Assembly: GCF_009834535.1 (NCBI RefSeq)
Contig: NC_045697.1
Span: 31,250,001-31,314,000, forward strand
Source: Camelus ferus
Taxonomy: Eukaryota
DNA: 64,000 bases
Direction of reading: 5' to 3'
The first letter of the stretch is position 1. Every line of letters starts with the position of its first letter. The notes under the pieces are model-generated. The model did not search any database and had not been told where the DNA came from. It saw nothing but the letters and a program-made list of their open reading frames with translations. Below, in pieces: positions 63,101 to 64,000 of this stretch. A program made the position numbers and the translations under genes.

Positions 63101-63929
63101 TAAGCCTAGGTTTTTAATCCATGCATGCAAACACTACCTGTCCTCTGCTTACCAGTAACTTGCTGGGTAATTCAAAGGAATCACAAAGATTAAGTTTCAG
63201 GCTTTATTCTGGAAGAGCTCCCAACCTCAAGAATAGCAGGATGGGAGGACTTCCATAAAAATGCATTTCCCAGAGAAGTGAAATCTACTCTACAGGGGAT
63301 CAAATTAACACAAGCAAAAGAAGATTATTCAGGAGATCTGTTTCTCAAAGGCACGGCTTCTCCCTGAGACTGTCCTGAGTGTCTTAATCATATACGGCTG
63401 TCTCAGGGTCGTTCTGTTCCACACCACCCAGGACACATGGTATAAAGCTCTGTACGGGGGCTTAAGAGGCAACCAAAGTATAGAAGTTGCTTGTACCATC
63501 CGCAAATAATTTCAGTCTGTTAGATCTTTAGTTTTTTCCTCTTTTCTGCAGCTGTCTATCTATTCAGTCTTCTTTGATTCTATAAAATAGAAAATAAACA
63601 CACACACAAAAGAAATGACGTACCCAAATCAAGTGCCTTAATGGCTATGCTAGAGTTAAATTCCAGTTCTGCCCTGTTTTTGTTGTATAAGTCTAATTAT
63701 GTATTTCATGTATTGCTATTGGACTTCTGTAGAGAATTTCTTCACTTGGTAAGAATGTTTATCTACTCACCATGGTGGTGTACTGTTTGAAGGATTTATT
63801 GGTAAGGTTCACCAAGAGTTAATAAGTATTTAAAGGCAGTCTAGGTAGAGGGTCTCCCAGCTCAAGCCAGTTTCAGGAAGGTCAAATCCCCAGGAAAGGT
63901 AATTCGTCGTTACTGGCTGACACTATTAG

Positions 63930-63948
63930 CAGCCAGAAGGTGGCAGCA
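63930..63948 (+). promoter_or_regulatory. Candidate CTCF binding site
   Basis: CAGCCAGAAGGTGGCAGCA matches the CTCF core CCASYAGRKGGCRS at 13/14 positions, in sequence I do not recognise as a repeat. Confidence 0.55.
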
Positions 63949-64000
63949 GGGGTGATGAATGTTGTCACTAACTAACGAGACATAGGCTATTCCCTCAAAT

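Noticed and set aside
1..64000. CRISPR arrays, operons, defence systems, NUMTs or non-retroviral endogenous viral elements
   Set aside because: No regularly spaced repeat-spacer units, no gene-dense prokaryotic architecture, and no mitochondrial or viral protein motifs recognised other than the ERV-L relic.

Overview
This window is mammalian nuclear DNA, AT-rich and CpG-poor, and almost certainly from a camelid (camel or alpaca lineage). The evidence is a tRNA-Ala-derived Vic-1-type SINE at ~52.6 kb and several lineage-type L1 3' ends. I could not support any protein-coding gene, rRNA, true tRNA, CRISPR array or prokaryotic system. The ORF track is explained by antisense or decayed L1, LTR or low-complexity frames, plus chance ORFs. 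The window looks intronic or intergenic. It contains 5'-truncated L1s (several with visible target-site duplications), HAL1 relics, MIR and L2, MaLR LTRs (MLT1), LTR16, DNA-transposon relics (MER2, MER5, MER53, MER58) and one decayed ERV-L provirus (LTR, PBS-Leu, gag, start of pro) at 58.4-60.9 kb on the minus strand. The most notable unexplained structure is a ~144-bp palindrome with perfect 28-bp arms at 37.18-37.32 kb. There are also two splice-site-flanked open exon candidates (32.4 kb +, 43.0-43.3 kb -), a strong CTCF-like site at 63.93 kb and several enhancer-like motif clusters. Repeat subfamily names come from recalled consensus similarity, not a database search, and their boundaries are approximate. 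I found no convincing novel multi-gene system.
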